Assembly: GCA_030141605.1 (NCBI GenBank)
Contig: JAQGDQ010000596.1
Location: 1 to 64,000, forward strand
Source: Tubiluchus corallicola
Lineage: Eukaryota > Animalia > Priapulida
Reading direction: 5' to 3'
Length of the DNA stretch: 64,000 nucleotides
The translations under genes and the position numbers were made by a program. The notes beneath the pieces are model-generated. The model worked only from the letters and a program-made list of their open reading frames with translations, was not told where the DNA came from and did no database searches. Shown in pieces: positions 11,286-24,719 of the stretch (position 1 is its first letter; each line of letters begins with the position of its first letter).

Positions 11286-13344
11286 AACACGAATGTGTTT
11301 ATATTTAGTAACATTCAGAGAACAGGCTTCGTGACTAAACATTAATGTCAACTCTTTTCCAGAACGTTCCAAGCGCAGTTTCTTGAAAAAGACGTGAAAT
11401 ATCGGTAAGTTGAAAATGGGCTTTTTAAGACTTGGGCTTATTTCACAGTGAGGACGCGCAACAACATTTCTCGTGCAATTTCTCGCCAGCTAGATGTTAT
11501 GCATTCTCCTCGTGAGGAAGAATTTTTCTGCATGGTAGAAATACTGCATGTTCCATCTTCGCGAGGAATCCTCACTAAATTCAGTCTTAAATTTAACTGC
11601 TCAATTACTTCTTTCTTATTTAAAGAACAACAATTAACATATTTCAGCATAAAATTATAAGATTTAATCTCTCCTTTAACAAACTGACGATTTTATTTTT
11701 TTAATGCAGCATCGATGGCTGTATTCGTGAAAAAGAATAATAATAAACGCATATATTTAATTTATATATGTATATTTTCAGATTTTGAAGTAATTAGTAG
11801 AACTTTACTAAAAAAACAAACAGGTCTGATATTACATTGACTAACATTATTAATTGAACTTTGTATATGAGAAATACAGCAAGTTTAGACATGATTTTAC
11901 AGTATAAAACTTGCAAAGTAACTGCAGCTAACTGGACGGCAGGACAAAAATCTGGCGATTTCACTGTGAAATGAACTTTCATGCTGTATGGAATTTCAAG
12001 AAAAATCGGAAATTTTCAAAAAAAATTTTGATTTTCTGACGGCGATTCCTTGCATCATTTTTCATCACGTACTCAATGTGAAATGGGCCTTACTCAAAAA
12101 AACAATCGTTATATAAATGAAAATAAAACTGGAAGAGCATCACGTTAAAAATTTACTTTTTTCCAGAGAAGAGCGAACACGGATGATACCAAGGATAACT
12201 GATTGGAAGAGTCGAATGGCCAGGTAGAAAGTACGACATAATTACGTAATGCTCCTAGAAGTCTATCATGGCTTCATCGATAAGCTATCAACGCCACCAA
12301 GTGTCCAAACTTTTAACTAAATATCAACAAGACGTTTTCGGTTTTTCAGGATAAAGCAAAGGCGTCTGATGGCGGTACAAGAAGCAAGAATGATGGAGTA
12401 AGAGATGCTTGATTATATCCATTACCACTTTTATCTTTTTATATTTTCACTCTGCTGTTAAAGATATAATAGTATAATAAGCCTTTTCACAGTTTCGTTG
12501 TGCGCATGCGCAGTTCCTGTAGGTCAAAGGTTAAGTGTACTATAACAATTACAACCGCCAAGTGTACCACAGGAACGCGTCTTAACTACAACTATCACGT
12601 GACATGTGGGGAAAGCAAAGCCGTGCACCACATCAGTTCTGTTACTTACACTTTACTTAATTATTTGTTAAGTAAATTAATGCAAACAATTATACATTAT
12701 TCTATGCATAGAGTGAGTTAATAGCAGGATCTTGCTTGGTAACAAGAAAAAATGAACTAGGTAAGGTTTTAGCTAGCTGTTAAATCTGTTACTATTACAA
12801 TAGTGTGGGTTGCGAGGCATCGTCAAATATACACAAATGCGTTGTTTAGTACACTTAACCTTTGACCTTTTCACGATCATCATCAATCGCTGCAACTGTG
12901 GAAGGGCTTGTTATAGAAGCAACTCCGTTTACTTATTTACAGTCCCGACTACGACTCTAAGCGATACAAGAAAATTCATCACTGGCACAGAAACCGGAAA
13001 TACGAGTAACCGGAAATTCAGAAGAGGGACTGGAAGACGAGTGAGAAAGTAACGAAGAGAAATGATTTCATTGGTGGAGGCATGAAAGAAACTTTGTTTT
13101 TGCGCACGTGGACCACGCATCAATGGAAGCCATTCAGATCTGGGAAGCTTCCAGTAATTGAAGAAAGTTGATTTTGGGGAAGACAAAACTCGAGTGTTCG
13201 TACAGTCAATATACATGTAAATTAACTTTACTAGTTCCTTCTGGGGTAATAAAAACGCGAAAGTTGAAAATCAATTTAGCAGCGGCTACCAAATGACATA
13301 CAGTGTTGAAACAGTTGCAAAACGTGTTGGAATAATTCGTTGTG

Positions 13345-13985
13345 TTAAAGGACAAGTCAATATTTAACTGAAGTGGGTTTCAGCAAAATCGTCTTAAAAA
13401 ATTATATTACTTTACAGCAATTCTATGCGCATATCCTACTGATGTTAAAGGGAATTTTTGTTTGTTTTCATTTTAAATCTCCCGTTCCGAAGTCGCCATT
13501 ACGTGACGTCACTTACGCAAACGTAAATCAGGGGAAGAAAAGGCAACGTTAAATTGTGTTCCAGAAACACTTTCCATGCAAAGTTATATTACTTAGCATC
13601 TCACTTACCTGTTGGAAAGACTTATGTAATTAGAAATAATAATTTAAAACGTTCGTGCCACAAGGGTGCGCCACTCACTGACCAAAAAACGTATTTTTAA
13701 TCTTACTGACAAGATACAGTAATTTAAAATTGTACTTAGTGACACGTGTACTATGAATGCTCTGGTTATTTTTCAAACTTTACTCGGTGTTATCAAAATT
13801 GTTTCAAATGATCTATTGTCAAAATAGCTGCGTCTAACAGTCATCGCAAGATTTATATTTACATATTTTATACAGCGTTACTGCTGACGCAAGCCCTGCA
13901 TGCAAAAAGGCAGTACGTAAATGGTATAAAATTTCAAGACGAATTTTTTAAGCTTACATAAGTGGATGGTTTCTTTGTACTTTAA
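13345..13985 (+). mobile_element. Kolobok-like element, family K3. Other copies 33748-34429, 46408-47077 (-); partial 38899-39250, 42370-42550
   Basis: TTAA|AGGACAAG... and ...CTT(T)GT(A/G)(C/A)T|TTAA ends; homologous bodies of about 640-680 bp. Confidence 0.72.
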
Positions 13986-14050
13986 GTTATAATTAATAGT
14001 TTTTAATTTGCTGTATCAAAAATTTCACTTCCTATTTCTCTAGAATGTAA

Positions 14051-14640
14051 TGGCACGTTCAGACTAGCGAGTTTTCTCGCTACGCGATTCGCAAACGTGT
14101 TCAGACTAGACAGCAAAGCTTGTTGCAGTTACGCTCCAACATTCACTTCTCTATTCGCTGCGAGAAGGGTCGAGAGTAACTCGCGGAAGCGTTCACACTA
14201 GACAGTAATTCTTAGGAGTCAACTCGCCGAAGCGTTCACACTAGACAGTAACTCGTAGCAAATCAACTCGCCGAAGCGTTCACACTAGACAGTAACTAGT
14301 AGCAAATCAACTCGCAGAAGCGTTCACACTAGACAGTAACTAGTAGCAAATCAACTCGCAGAGGCATTCACACTAGACAGTAACTAGTAGCAAATCAACT
14401 CGCCGAAGCGTTCACACTAGACAGTAACTCGTAGCAAATCAACTCGCACAGGCGTTCACACTAGACAGTAACTCGTAGCAAATCAACTCGCAGAAGCGTT
14501 CACACTAGACAGTAACTCGTAGCAAATCAACTCGCAACAACTGTAGCATAGTTTGCAGTGTCTTGTCGACAGTAATTCGCAAAGGAGTTCACACGTGCGA
14601 GTTTGCTGTCAGAGAGAACTCGCTGGTCTGAACGTGCCCG
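14051..14640. mobile_element. Harbinger/PIF-like MITE with an internal ~43-bp tandem array (about 14170-14540)
   Basis: TIR ggcacgttcagac(t/c)agcgagtt(t/c)tct at both ends; TAA on both flanks. Confidence 0.8.
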
Positions 14641-15554
14641 TAAGAGACTGCTGAAATACCTCCCCATTTTTCAAGAAAACACACATGTATGGTAATCCAA
14701 TAATCAATAATCTTATACCGCATAATTAAATGACAAATTTACAAAAGCGGAAATTTTGATTTGCCCGTTTTTTAATAGTTTTAGCGCCTTATTACGATAA
14801 AAAGTTAGTTCTACAGTGTACGTATTTAAGAAACGTCACGTGACGTACACTTTGAATGAGCCTTTACACAGTTTCCCTGTGCGCAAGTGCAGTTGCTGTA
14901 GGTCAAAGGTTAAGTGTACCATTAGGCGGCTTAACTACAACCGTCACGTGACATATAAGCAAAGCCGTTTGTCGCATCGGTTTAGTAACTTCGGTTGTTT
15001 TACACAGACTTTACTTAATTATGCATTAGTCTGTGCGTAAAGTGATTTAATAGCAGAATCTTGCTTGGGAACAAGAAAAAATGAACTAGGTAAGATTCTA
15101 GCTAGCTGTTAAAACTGTTACTATTACAATAGCTTGGGCTGCGAGGTGTTGTCAAGTGTACACAAATGCGTTATCTGGTACACTTAACCTTTGGCTTTTT
15201 TCACGATCATCATCAATCGCTGGAACTGTGAAAAGGCTGATTCCACCAGTAAGCAGCAAAATTGTCTTTTTTCTCACTGACCTTGTGGAGCTGAACTAAT
15301 TCCCTCTTATAATATAGAATACTAATAAACTGCACCAGTCTATTGGCCCAATTTTGTTTATTTTTACAACTCCGCGCACTTGTGAAGCCATGATAGTGAA
15401 GCCATGATGCAGGGAGAACAGGCGTTGTTTATTCACGTGTTCTAAGGTAAAAGAAGCCATCGGGGGAAACCCTGGGCATCAGGTTAAATCAACCTGTTCT
15501 TGAACCTCCCCATCTGAAACCAGTTAAGCGCCCCATGTCATAGACGCTTCCTCC

Positions 15555-15971
15555 GCTTGATGGTCAACGTCCAGGAACTTGCTTGATGGTCAACGTCCAG
15601 GAACTTGCTTGGTGGTCAACGTCCAGGAACTTGCTTGATAGTCAATGTCCACGAACTTGCGTGATGGTCAATGTCCACGAACTTGCTTGATGGTCAACGT
15701 CCAAGAACTTGCTTGATAGTCAATGTCCACGAACTTGCTTGATAGTCAATGTCCACGAACTTGCTTGATGGTCAACGTCCAGGAACTTGCTTGATGGCCA
15801 ACGTCCAGGAACTTACCTGATGGTCAACGTCCAGGTTCTTGCTTGATGGTCAACGTCCAGGAACTTTCTTGATGGTCAATGTCCAGGAACTTGCTTGATG
15901 GTCAATGTCCAGGATCTTGCTTGATAGTCAACGTCCAGGAACTTTTTTGATGGTCAATGTCCAAGATCTTG
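15555..15971. repeat. 26-bp minisatellite, about 16 copies
   Basis: Unit gcttgatggtcaacgtccaggaactt. Confidence 0.93.
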
Positions 15972-17108
15972 AGTAATAAGCCATTTCACAGTTCCAGTGA
16001 TTGATGGTGATCGTGAAAAGGTCAAAGGTTAAGTGTACCAGACAACGCATTTGTGTACACTTGACAATATCTCGGCCAAAGCTATTGTAACAGTTTTAAC
16101 AGCTAGCTAGAATCTTGCCTGGTTCATTTTTTCTCGTTCCTGAGCAAGATCCTGCTAGTAAATCACTCACTAATGCATAATTAAGTAAAGACCACGTAAA
16201 ACAAGTGAAACTACTACACTGATACGGCAGACGGCTTTGCTTTGCACACACATCACGTGATGGTTGTAGCAAAGACGCGTTGCTGTGGTACAATTAACCT
16301 TTTACCTACAGCAACTAAGCGTGCACGCAACGAAACTATGAAAAGGCTTATTATAATGGTAATTTTGATTGATGGACTGACTGACTGACTGGGTGGCTAG
16401 CTGGCTGGCTGGCTGGCTGGCTGGATGGATGGACGGATGGATGGATGGGTGTCAGACTGACTGACTGACTGACAAACCGACTATTGGACTGACTGATTAA
16501 CTGACTCATCATGCACTTGGCAATACGGGTAATCATATTAGGAATAAAAGTATAAAAGCAATCTACAGAGGATGAAGTTTAAAATAGTTTTGAGGACATA
16601 CAGACATACAGACAGACAGACCCATGCTGTAAAGCACACTTACACAAGTTCTACGTAACTACTATATACGGTACCAGCATTTTACCAGCTGATGTTTGAA
16701 GAGACACCCTCCATGATCATCTTAAGCAAATTTAAAATTCGTTAACCTTGACAAAGGTAAATAAAAAACCTTAGTGAAGACTTGAGCACGGCAATTTTAT
16801 GTTTAAACGAAACTGCATCGGGGATTTCAGCAAGGACTTGCAATTTGAAAGTTGTGATTGAACTGGGTGCTTGTTTAGCTAAATAATATTCTAAAACTAA
16901 ATTTTATAATCGGGGCGTCTTGCACGTTATCAGATCTATGCGAAATTCAAAGGGAATCGGGTTGGGTTGTCACCCCTTCTGACTTGGCCAGGAGTCGAGG
17001 GCTGTCACCACCACTGACTTGGCCCGGAGTCTCCTGAAATTCAGATATATATATCCGTACCTCGGTCGGACTGTTGAAAAAATCTTAATTTCGGCCACTG
17101 CTTTGACT

Positions 17109-18394
17109 CATGACAAACTAGAACACATTGAATGTACTTACATGATGACAAACTAGAAGACATTGAATGTACTTACATGATGACAAACTAGAACACATTG
17201 AATGTACTTACATGATGACAAACTAGAACACATTGAATGTACTTACATGAAGACAAACTAGAACACACTGAATGTACTTACATGATGACAAACTAGAACA
17301 TATTGAATGTGCTTACATGATGACAAACTAGAACACATTGAATGTACTTACATGATGACAAATTCGAACACACTGAATGTACTTACATGATGACAAACTA
17401 GAACACAGAATGTACTTATATGATGACAAACTAGAACATATTGAATGTGCTTACATGATGACAAACTAGAACATATTGAATGTACTTACATGATGACAAA
17501 CTAGAACATATTGAATGTACTTACATGATGACAAACTAGAACACATTGAATGTACTTACGTGACGACAAACTAGAACACATTGAATGTACTTACATGATG
17601 ACAAACTAGAACACAGAATGTACTTATATGATGACAAACTAGAACACATTGAATGTACTTACATGATGACAAATTAGAACACATTGAAGGTACTTACATG
17701 ATGACAAACTAGAACACAGAATGTACTTATATGATGACAAACTAGAACACATTGAATGTACTTACATGATGACAAACTAGAACACATTGAATGTACTTAC
17801 ATGATGACAAACTAGAACACATTGAATGTGCTTACATGATGACAAACTAGAACACATAGAATGTACTTACATGATGACAAACTAGAACACATTGAATGTA
17901 CTTACGTGACGACAAACTAGAACACATTGAATGTACTTACATGATGACAAACTAGAACACAGAATGTACTTATATGATGACAAATTAGAACACATTGAAG
18001 GTACTTACATGATGACAAACTAGAACACAGAATGTACTTATATGATGACAAACTAGAACACATTGAATGTACTTACATGATGACAAACTAGAACACATTG
18101 AATGTACTTACATGAAGACAAACTAGAACACACTGAATGTACTTACATGATGACAAACTAGAACATATTGAATGTGCTTACATGATGACAAACTAGACCA
18201 CATTGAATGTGCTTACATGATGACAAACTAGAACACATTGAATGTACTTACATGATGACAAACTAGAACACATTGAATGTACTTACATGGTGACAAACTA
18301 GAACACATTGAATGTACTTACATGATGACAAACTAGACCACATTGAATGTGCTTACATGATGACAAACTAGAACACATGGAATGTACTTACATG
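17109..18394 (-). repeat. 35-bp tandem array, 37 units, each a copy of the exon 18392 donor junction
   Basis: Minus-strand unit gtaagtacattcaatgtgttctagtttgtcatcat; the most upstream unit is the authentic donor. Confidence 0.95.
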
Positions 18395-18454
18395 ATCACA
18401 TTGAGTCTCAGCTTCGTTGCACTGAGCGTAAACGTACAATTCTTGTAGAGCTCC
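18392..18454 (-). CDS. Mp: Multiplexin exon, end of TSPN domain (GALQELYVYAQCNEAETQCDH)
   Basis: ttcttcag acceptor, CAT|gtaagt donor, 63 nt, phase 0-0. G-x-x-QEL...QC motif is typical of the TSPN C-terminus. Confidence 0.9.
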
Positions 18455-19075
18455 CTGAAGAAAAAGAAGAAAAAAACACCAAAGTTTCAAAGAGTTCATT
18501 TTTCTTTATGTCTGTCGTTCATTGGTAGATCAACCACAGAGCAATGGAGTCACTTAAACTATCTTATACTCTGCAAACAAAAAGCATAATTATGACGCCT
18601 CTTTTTCGACGGACTGTGCTCAAATATTGCATTGAAATAATTTACTAAGCGTCAAAAAATTTAATTTATCGTTTTCTTTTTTATATTTTGTTTTACGTGG
18701 CACAGACGTATTTTTATGTGTTCGTTCACAAGCTAGCGTGCACAGTGCGCTCATTCTAAAACAGCTTCTAAAGAAGTGCTATGCTCTATCGGCAGTTTAT
18801 AAATAATCCACCGCTAGATGGTGCCACATGGCTAAGCGTAATGGCTTTGCGCTTTAGCTGTACTGGGCTGTGCTGATTTGTACGAATCAGCAAAATTTAG
18901 GTATTTATTTCTAGCTAAGGATTTTTAATACCTCGTTCATTACCAATGTTACAAAGATCGTTACAACTACAATAAAAGTGAGAAGTAGAATTTTGCCATA
19001 CGTTTACAATCGGTCTTTCAGCGTAAAATAGCTAGCTTGTATTAATTTAATCAGTACTGGTAAGAATAAATATAA

Positions 19076-19556
19076 TTAAAGGAAAATACAAGCCTTCTGA
19101 GCAGTTAGACTTCTGGTAATAAACGCATCGTGTAACTAGTAAGGTGACTTTAAAAGTCATGATCATTTCACGCTTGGGTGCCCCCATTTTGAGCTCTCAT
19201 TGTTCCTCCAATGATGTCAATGAAGAAATTCAGTTTACAGTTAATTTCCATCAAAACGACAGCCCACGTTTTTACAAAAAAAAATAGATTTTGTAATATT
19301 TTCGTGTGAACATTGGGTAAGCTGCAAAAGTTTGAATTAGTTTAAGCAGCGCACGCTTACAGAAGGCTGCAATGCACTTACAAAAGTCAAGTGAATGGCG
19401 GCCATCAGGCTTGACAAATTTCTATTCAGAGGTAGTATATTTTAATTTTATGCTTTATAGGTAGTTCTTTGCAAATTTCTTTTTTACATTTTTCTAAGTT
19501 TACGTGATAACAGTAAAATAAACTCAACATGCTAATTGGCTTGTCCTTTGTTTTAA
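19076..19556 (+). mobile_element. Kolobok-like element, family K4. Other copies 47832-48380, 62932-63472, 36053-38512 (-); partial 41745-41933
   Basis: TTAA at both ends; imperfect TIR aggaaaatacaagcc / ggcttgtcctttgtt; homologous interiors. Confidence 0.72.
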
Positions 19557-19575
19557 TGCAAGAAACAGCTCTTAC

Positions 19576-20129
19576 CTCGAAATTACCACCCAGCAGCATA
19601 CCAGCCTGTCCTATATACAACGTAGATGCCGAGTCAAATACTAATTCTACGGGATACCTCTGTACACGAGCTGAATCAAAGAGTTCACAGTTGAGATACA
19701 GAGTTACGGTTTGCCCTTCCACTTTTAGGGCAAACCGTTGCCAGTTCTTTGAAAATGCGGGCACGGTAAAACTGGCTATTGCTTGCGAAGCGTGGTGTTG
19801 TTTGATATCCGTGTAATACAATGTGATATTTTGAAAATCATTGCTGGAGTCCGATAGCTTTACACCAAGCTGGACAACGGTGTCCGTGGGATTGACCACT
19901 GCAAAGAGGTAACCTCCTCTTCGTTTAAAACCTTGCTGCACTGTGACTAGAATGGCAAAATCCCTGAAGAAGACCTCGGGTAGTAAAGTCCGGAAGGGCG
20001 TTTTTATCACTGAGTTGTTTTTTAATTCGAATGTGGGGAATCCTTCAAACCCCCGGGTGAAATCAACCCCTTGTTGCCGGACCGGCACCGTGATGGCGTC
20101 CAACAAGTCGATCTCGCTGTTGTCATCTT
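19576..20129 (-). CDS. Mp: Multiplexin (collagen XV/XVIII-like) exon encoding most of the N-terminal TSPN/LamG domain
   Basis: Translation (E)DDNSEIDLLDAITVP...FFRDFAILVTV...GGYLFAVVNPTDTVVQLGV...WQRFALKVEGQTVTLYLNC...FDSASTLYIGQAG...GGNFE matches multiplexin TSPN motifs. Acceptor ttttgcag (phase 1), donor GAG|gtaaga; 554 nt. Confidence 0.93.
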
Positions 20130-23100
20130 CTGCAAAAGAGAGAAAAATGTGAAATAAAAAATAATTATGTCGCCATCTGTTGTGTTTTGTTTCTCTCGGA
20201 AGGCTCGTAGAGAAAACCAGAAAACACTTCGTCAAATTAAACTTGTTTATTAAGCGAGAATTCTACAACACAAAAGTATGAAGGAACGCGAAATGATTAC
20301 AGTAAACGTGAGAAAATCTGGAAAACGTTTAAGTGTATCTGAATGTTCCAGAAGTAATGTTCCAGAACATTCCAGACGGTAAAACGATCATTCCAACTGA
20401 ACATTATACAATGTTCAATGTAATTCTAATAGATGCCAGCGATCTCCACAACACCATCACACAGGGAGAATTTATGGGGTCGGTTTATGGTCAGATATTT
20501 GATTCTTCCCAAATAAACCTTTTCACAGTTTCGTTGTGCGCATGCACAGTCGCTGTATGTCAAAGGTTAAGTGCACCACAACAATTACAACCGTCATGTG
20601 ACATGTGTGTAAAGCAAAGTCCTCTGCCGCATCAATCCAGTAACTTCAGTTGTTTTACAAAGACTCAATTACACATTAGTCACACATGTATTGTGATTGT
20701 GAATTTAAAAATCACAGTATTTAAAGGAAAGAAACACAGAGAAAAGAGAAACTATTATTTAATTATTTCCACATGTTAGAAACCCCCTGACTGATCTATC
20801 GAAGTACAGGGTGTGCATAAACTCAGGACTTTCCCCAGACATCAATGGGCCTCGCCTATACCCCCACCCCCACCCCCATCAAACTGTCCCTCTTAATGAC
20901 TTTAACGTCCTGTCTTTTGGGCACAGCTTGGGGACATAACTGAGTTTTTGGGCACGTCAAATTTGGCCATCATGATTTCAAAACAAAGACACCGATAATT
21001 TAATAATAATATTCGATTAGAAAAATCACAAGTGTCTGTATGTGTACAATGTTCTATGTGTTTTAAAACTTAAACAACAACTAATTAAACTCAATCTCAT
21101 TTTAATTTACTGTCCCCCAAAATATACATTTTCTTGCCTATAAAAATTAGCGAATGTTTCTTATACTGAATTGGTTACATCATAAACTAATTACAGTGGT
21201 ACAGTTCATGATCATGCTTACCACGGTACAGCGCCTATTTGTCGGCCACGCGAATGTGAGAAAAAAGCGCCATTGCCAGTCTTAATGGATTCGCTGAGCC
21301 GCGCGTAGCTTTGAAAGTTAAACAAAATTTAACTATGTCAAGTAATTACTTTTTAATCTAAGCTTTGATTTAAAAAAGGTAATGTAGTTTTCAGTATCTT
21401 TGAACAATACTTTATTTTGAACTAATGTTTACACAATCGTCCGGTTCAACCAGCCCTCGATCAACAACGATTTTATTTTAATAAGCATTTATTTAAAAAA
21501 TATTAAAAGTACAACACATTTGCAAAAAATCTCTTGCTTAAAAATGTAAAGATATTTAAAGCCATTCTTATCTTCCAGCAAACAAACCTCACTGCTGACA
21601 TATTTGAAACAAAATGGCGGCACGAAAGGGAAGCATGATAAAACTTTTGCACTCGGAAATTTTATTATTCTAGGTGATTAAAACTTTGTGTTTAAGCTGT
21701 GTTTTTGTAAAAATTAGACATAGAATCAGTTTACAAGATTATTCCTCAAAATGCATAAGATAAGCATAGAATTGTGCGAGGTTGTCAACTTGTAGTAGGT
21801 TACTTAGCTTATAATTATTCTGTTATTTATACTGCAATGACGTCATCTTTCGTTCAAAATTAGCGCGCCAAAACATGAAGTGATGAACTGCATTGTTTGT
21901 TTGTTACGTCAGTGTGACGTAGGGCTGATTTTTGTGACATCACATCAGCATCTTATAGCAATCTTCACTTACGCAAACGTGTTGATACGCAGGGAAGATG
22001 CCTACCATTTTGCAAACTATGGTCAGTTTGTGACGTAAGCAATAGCTGTTGTCATTAATTAAATGTCTAAGGTAATTATTCAAATATTAACAACAATTGC
22101 TAACTTTCATAGACAAGAAAGTGTATATTTTGAACAGTAAATTAAAATGAGATTGTGTCTAATCAATCGTCCGGTTTTCCTTTAAGAACTTTGAGCAAAC
22201 GAACCAAGTTCAAACTTGTATAACGCAGCAGCTGTACAACAAGCTGACTTTACTAATTACACGAGGCGCTTATCACAATTTTATTGCTGAAACTTTCTAA
22301 CATTTTTCTCTGGTAATAAAATAAGCTCAGCTGCCCGAGAGAGACTTGGCTTTTAACTTAAATAACAGAATTGGTTAGTAGAGGTCAGACCAGTAGAGAA
22401 CTAAGCAGCGAGTCAAAGCACCTTGTATTAATGATACGGAAGTGTATGGGCCCATAGTAACTAAGCTTGCCTTTTATCAAATGCAAAAACAACATTAGAA
22501 GCAAAATATCTAAATTGCCCAGAGTATCGAATATCGCTAACAATATATTCACGGTGAATAAGAACAGGAAGAACACTATCAAGGTACGCATGCGCAGAAA
22601 TGTTCTCGGAGGTCACAAAGCGTCTCTCTGGTGTTATCGTCAAGTCCACCTGGCAACCACCAACTGTTTGAGCAAATGAGTTTTTTTAATGGAAAAAGAT
22701 TAAAGTCAAAAACTATGGCTAACAGCTTATTGTACAGCTGCTGCGTTATACAAGTTTGAACTTGGTTTGTTTGCTTAAGGTTCTTAAAGGAAAACCGGAC
22801 GATTGATCAGACTCGATCTCATTTTAATTTACTGTCCAGAATATACATTTTCTTGCCTATGAAAGTTAGCAGTTGTTGTTAATATTTGAATAATTACCTT
22901 AGACATTTATTTAACGACAACCGAAAACAGCTATCGCTTACGTCACAAACTAACCATAGTTTGCGAAATGGTAGGTATCTTCCTTGCGCATCAAGCACGT
23001 TTGCGTAAGCGAAGATTGCTATAAGATGCTGATGTGATGTCACGAAAATCAGTTCTACGTCACACTGACGTAACAAACAAACAATGCAGTTCATAACTAA

Positions 23101-24094
23101 GCTTATCACGGTACAGTGCCAGAGAGGCGCCATTGCCAATCTCAGTGGATTCGTCGAGCTGCGTTTACCTTTGAAAGTTTAACAAAATTTAGCTATCCCG
23201 AAGTAGTTATTATTTAATCTAAGTTTTGATTTAAAAAAGAGTAGTGTAGATTTCAGTATATTTGAACAATACTTTATTTTGAACTAATATCTACACAATC
23301 GTTTAGTTTTCCTGAAAGGAAGTCAACCTTTCTACGTCTTCTCTTGACTACGACCTACTTGGAAAATGCTATAATGTTGTCAGTCTAGTGGGTCAAGCTC
23401 ACAGTCCAGTGTTCATCCAGGGACAGTTGTTGTTGCAAAGAAAAACAGGATGATTTTTCATATCCCAGGGGCTCTTGTGTTGAAGGGGGCCACAAGCCAC
23501 ACTAGGGTGTACCTTGAGCAAGGCAAAATGTGTGACTGCAAACTAAAACCATAAACAATTCTGTCTAACAGAAGTTTTTTCATATATAAAAATAAACGCT
23601 AAACATATTGGACTCTTATATTCTATCATCAAATCCTCTCTAAAATGTGCAAAAAATATTGAAAATTTAATTTTATAACCCTGAAACCCACTTGTCTGGC
23701 TAAAAACCGCTACTGCAATTGTGGACTTGGTTTGAATATCATTATTTGGAGAATTGGAGGAGAGGGCCAGTTTCCTTTTGCCCTGAGGCCCAGAAATTCT
23801 CTTGGCGGCCCTGATTCTACCCCATTTTGAATACGTTTTTAATACTTATAATAATGCCAAGACGGTTCTGATAATTAAATAATAGGTTAAAAGTGAAAGT
23901 TGACTTGCGTGGCCATTTCGCCTAAGTTCTGGTCCTGTTGCACGTGCGTTCTTTCAAATAATTATAATGTAACATGTAAAGTATACTCGGCACAACATTT
24001 TACATTGTAACCATAATATAACTATGCGAACTGAAATCCCTGCACAAGAGATGCGCCTCCTACTGTGTTTTTAACACAATTTTGAATATTACTA

Positions 24095-24719
24095 TTAAAG
24101 TAAAACCGGGCCCACTCTTAATCTGTACGTTAAAACAATCTACGCTTTAAAATATTGAAAGAAAACATACTATTTTTTCCAAAAATGACTTAACGTGAAA
24201 GAATTATTAGCACACAAACACAATTTCACGTTCACGCTACTAGTTCTTCACTGTTACACGCATTTCGCAATTTTTGCTAGTTAGACGGACACTGGCACCT
24301 GCATTTCGGAAACGCATTGCACAAAAAACAGGTGCTGTGCCTGTCTGTTTAATGGCGATCGTTTCTGATGTAGTATACACACGTTCGAGAGCGCATGCGT
24401 GGCATACCAGTTAATTTGAAATTTCTATCTCAAAACTTGCCTAGTTTTCGTACAACACACTGAATATCTTACAGAAGCACTGTACTGCAATTTTCGCTTT
24501 CACAAACGCGCGCACCACGCTCGTGGAATATTTTTGCTGTTGAAATTATGTTAGTTTGTGACGTCATCAATAGTTGGGTTCGCTCACCGCTAATTAACAA
24601 TTTAATGCATTATTTCATTATCAGAACCGCTTTTACAGTATTAATTGTGTTAAAATGTATACTTTTTATGGGATTTGAAAATGGGGTAGTACATGAAAAA
24701 TCATCCCGTATTCCTTTAA
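24095..24719 (-). mobile_element. Kolobok-like element, family K2. Other copies 35055-35659, 48538-49135, 59368-59915, 61731-62347; partial at 32637, 42600, 50733
   Basis: Consensus TTAA|AGGAAGACAGGATGATTTTTC ... GGGTCCGGTTTT(G/C)CT|TTAA; homologous bodies of about 600 bp. Confidence 0.75.

Larger units (their letters stand above)
10271..12092. mobile_element. Harbinger/PIF-like element fragments interrupted by other repeats; related partial copy at 39698-40050
   Basis: Termini taaggtcttttcaca / tgtgaaatgggcctta; 39698 begins taaggcccatttcacac; 11440-11715 is homologous to 39787-40045. Confidence 0.5.

Noticed and set aside
17109-18394. CRISPR-like appearance of the 35-bp array (also the 26-, 41-, 60- and 71-bp arrays)
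   Set aside because: Units are contiguous with no unique spacers, there are no cas genes, and the context is a eukaryotic intron.
19426-20235. 269-aa track ORF as a stand-alone protein
   Set aside because: Only 19576-20129 is bounded by splice sites and homologous to TSPN; the ends are intron or TE read-through.
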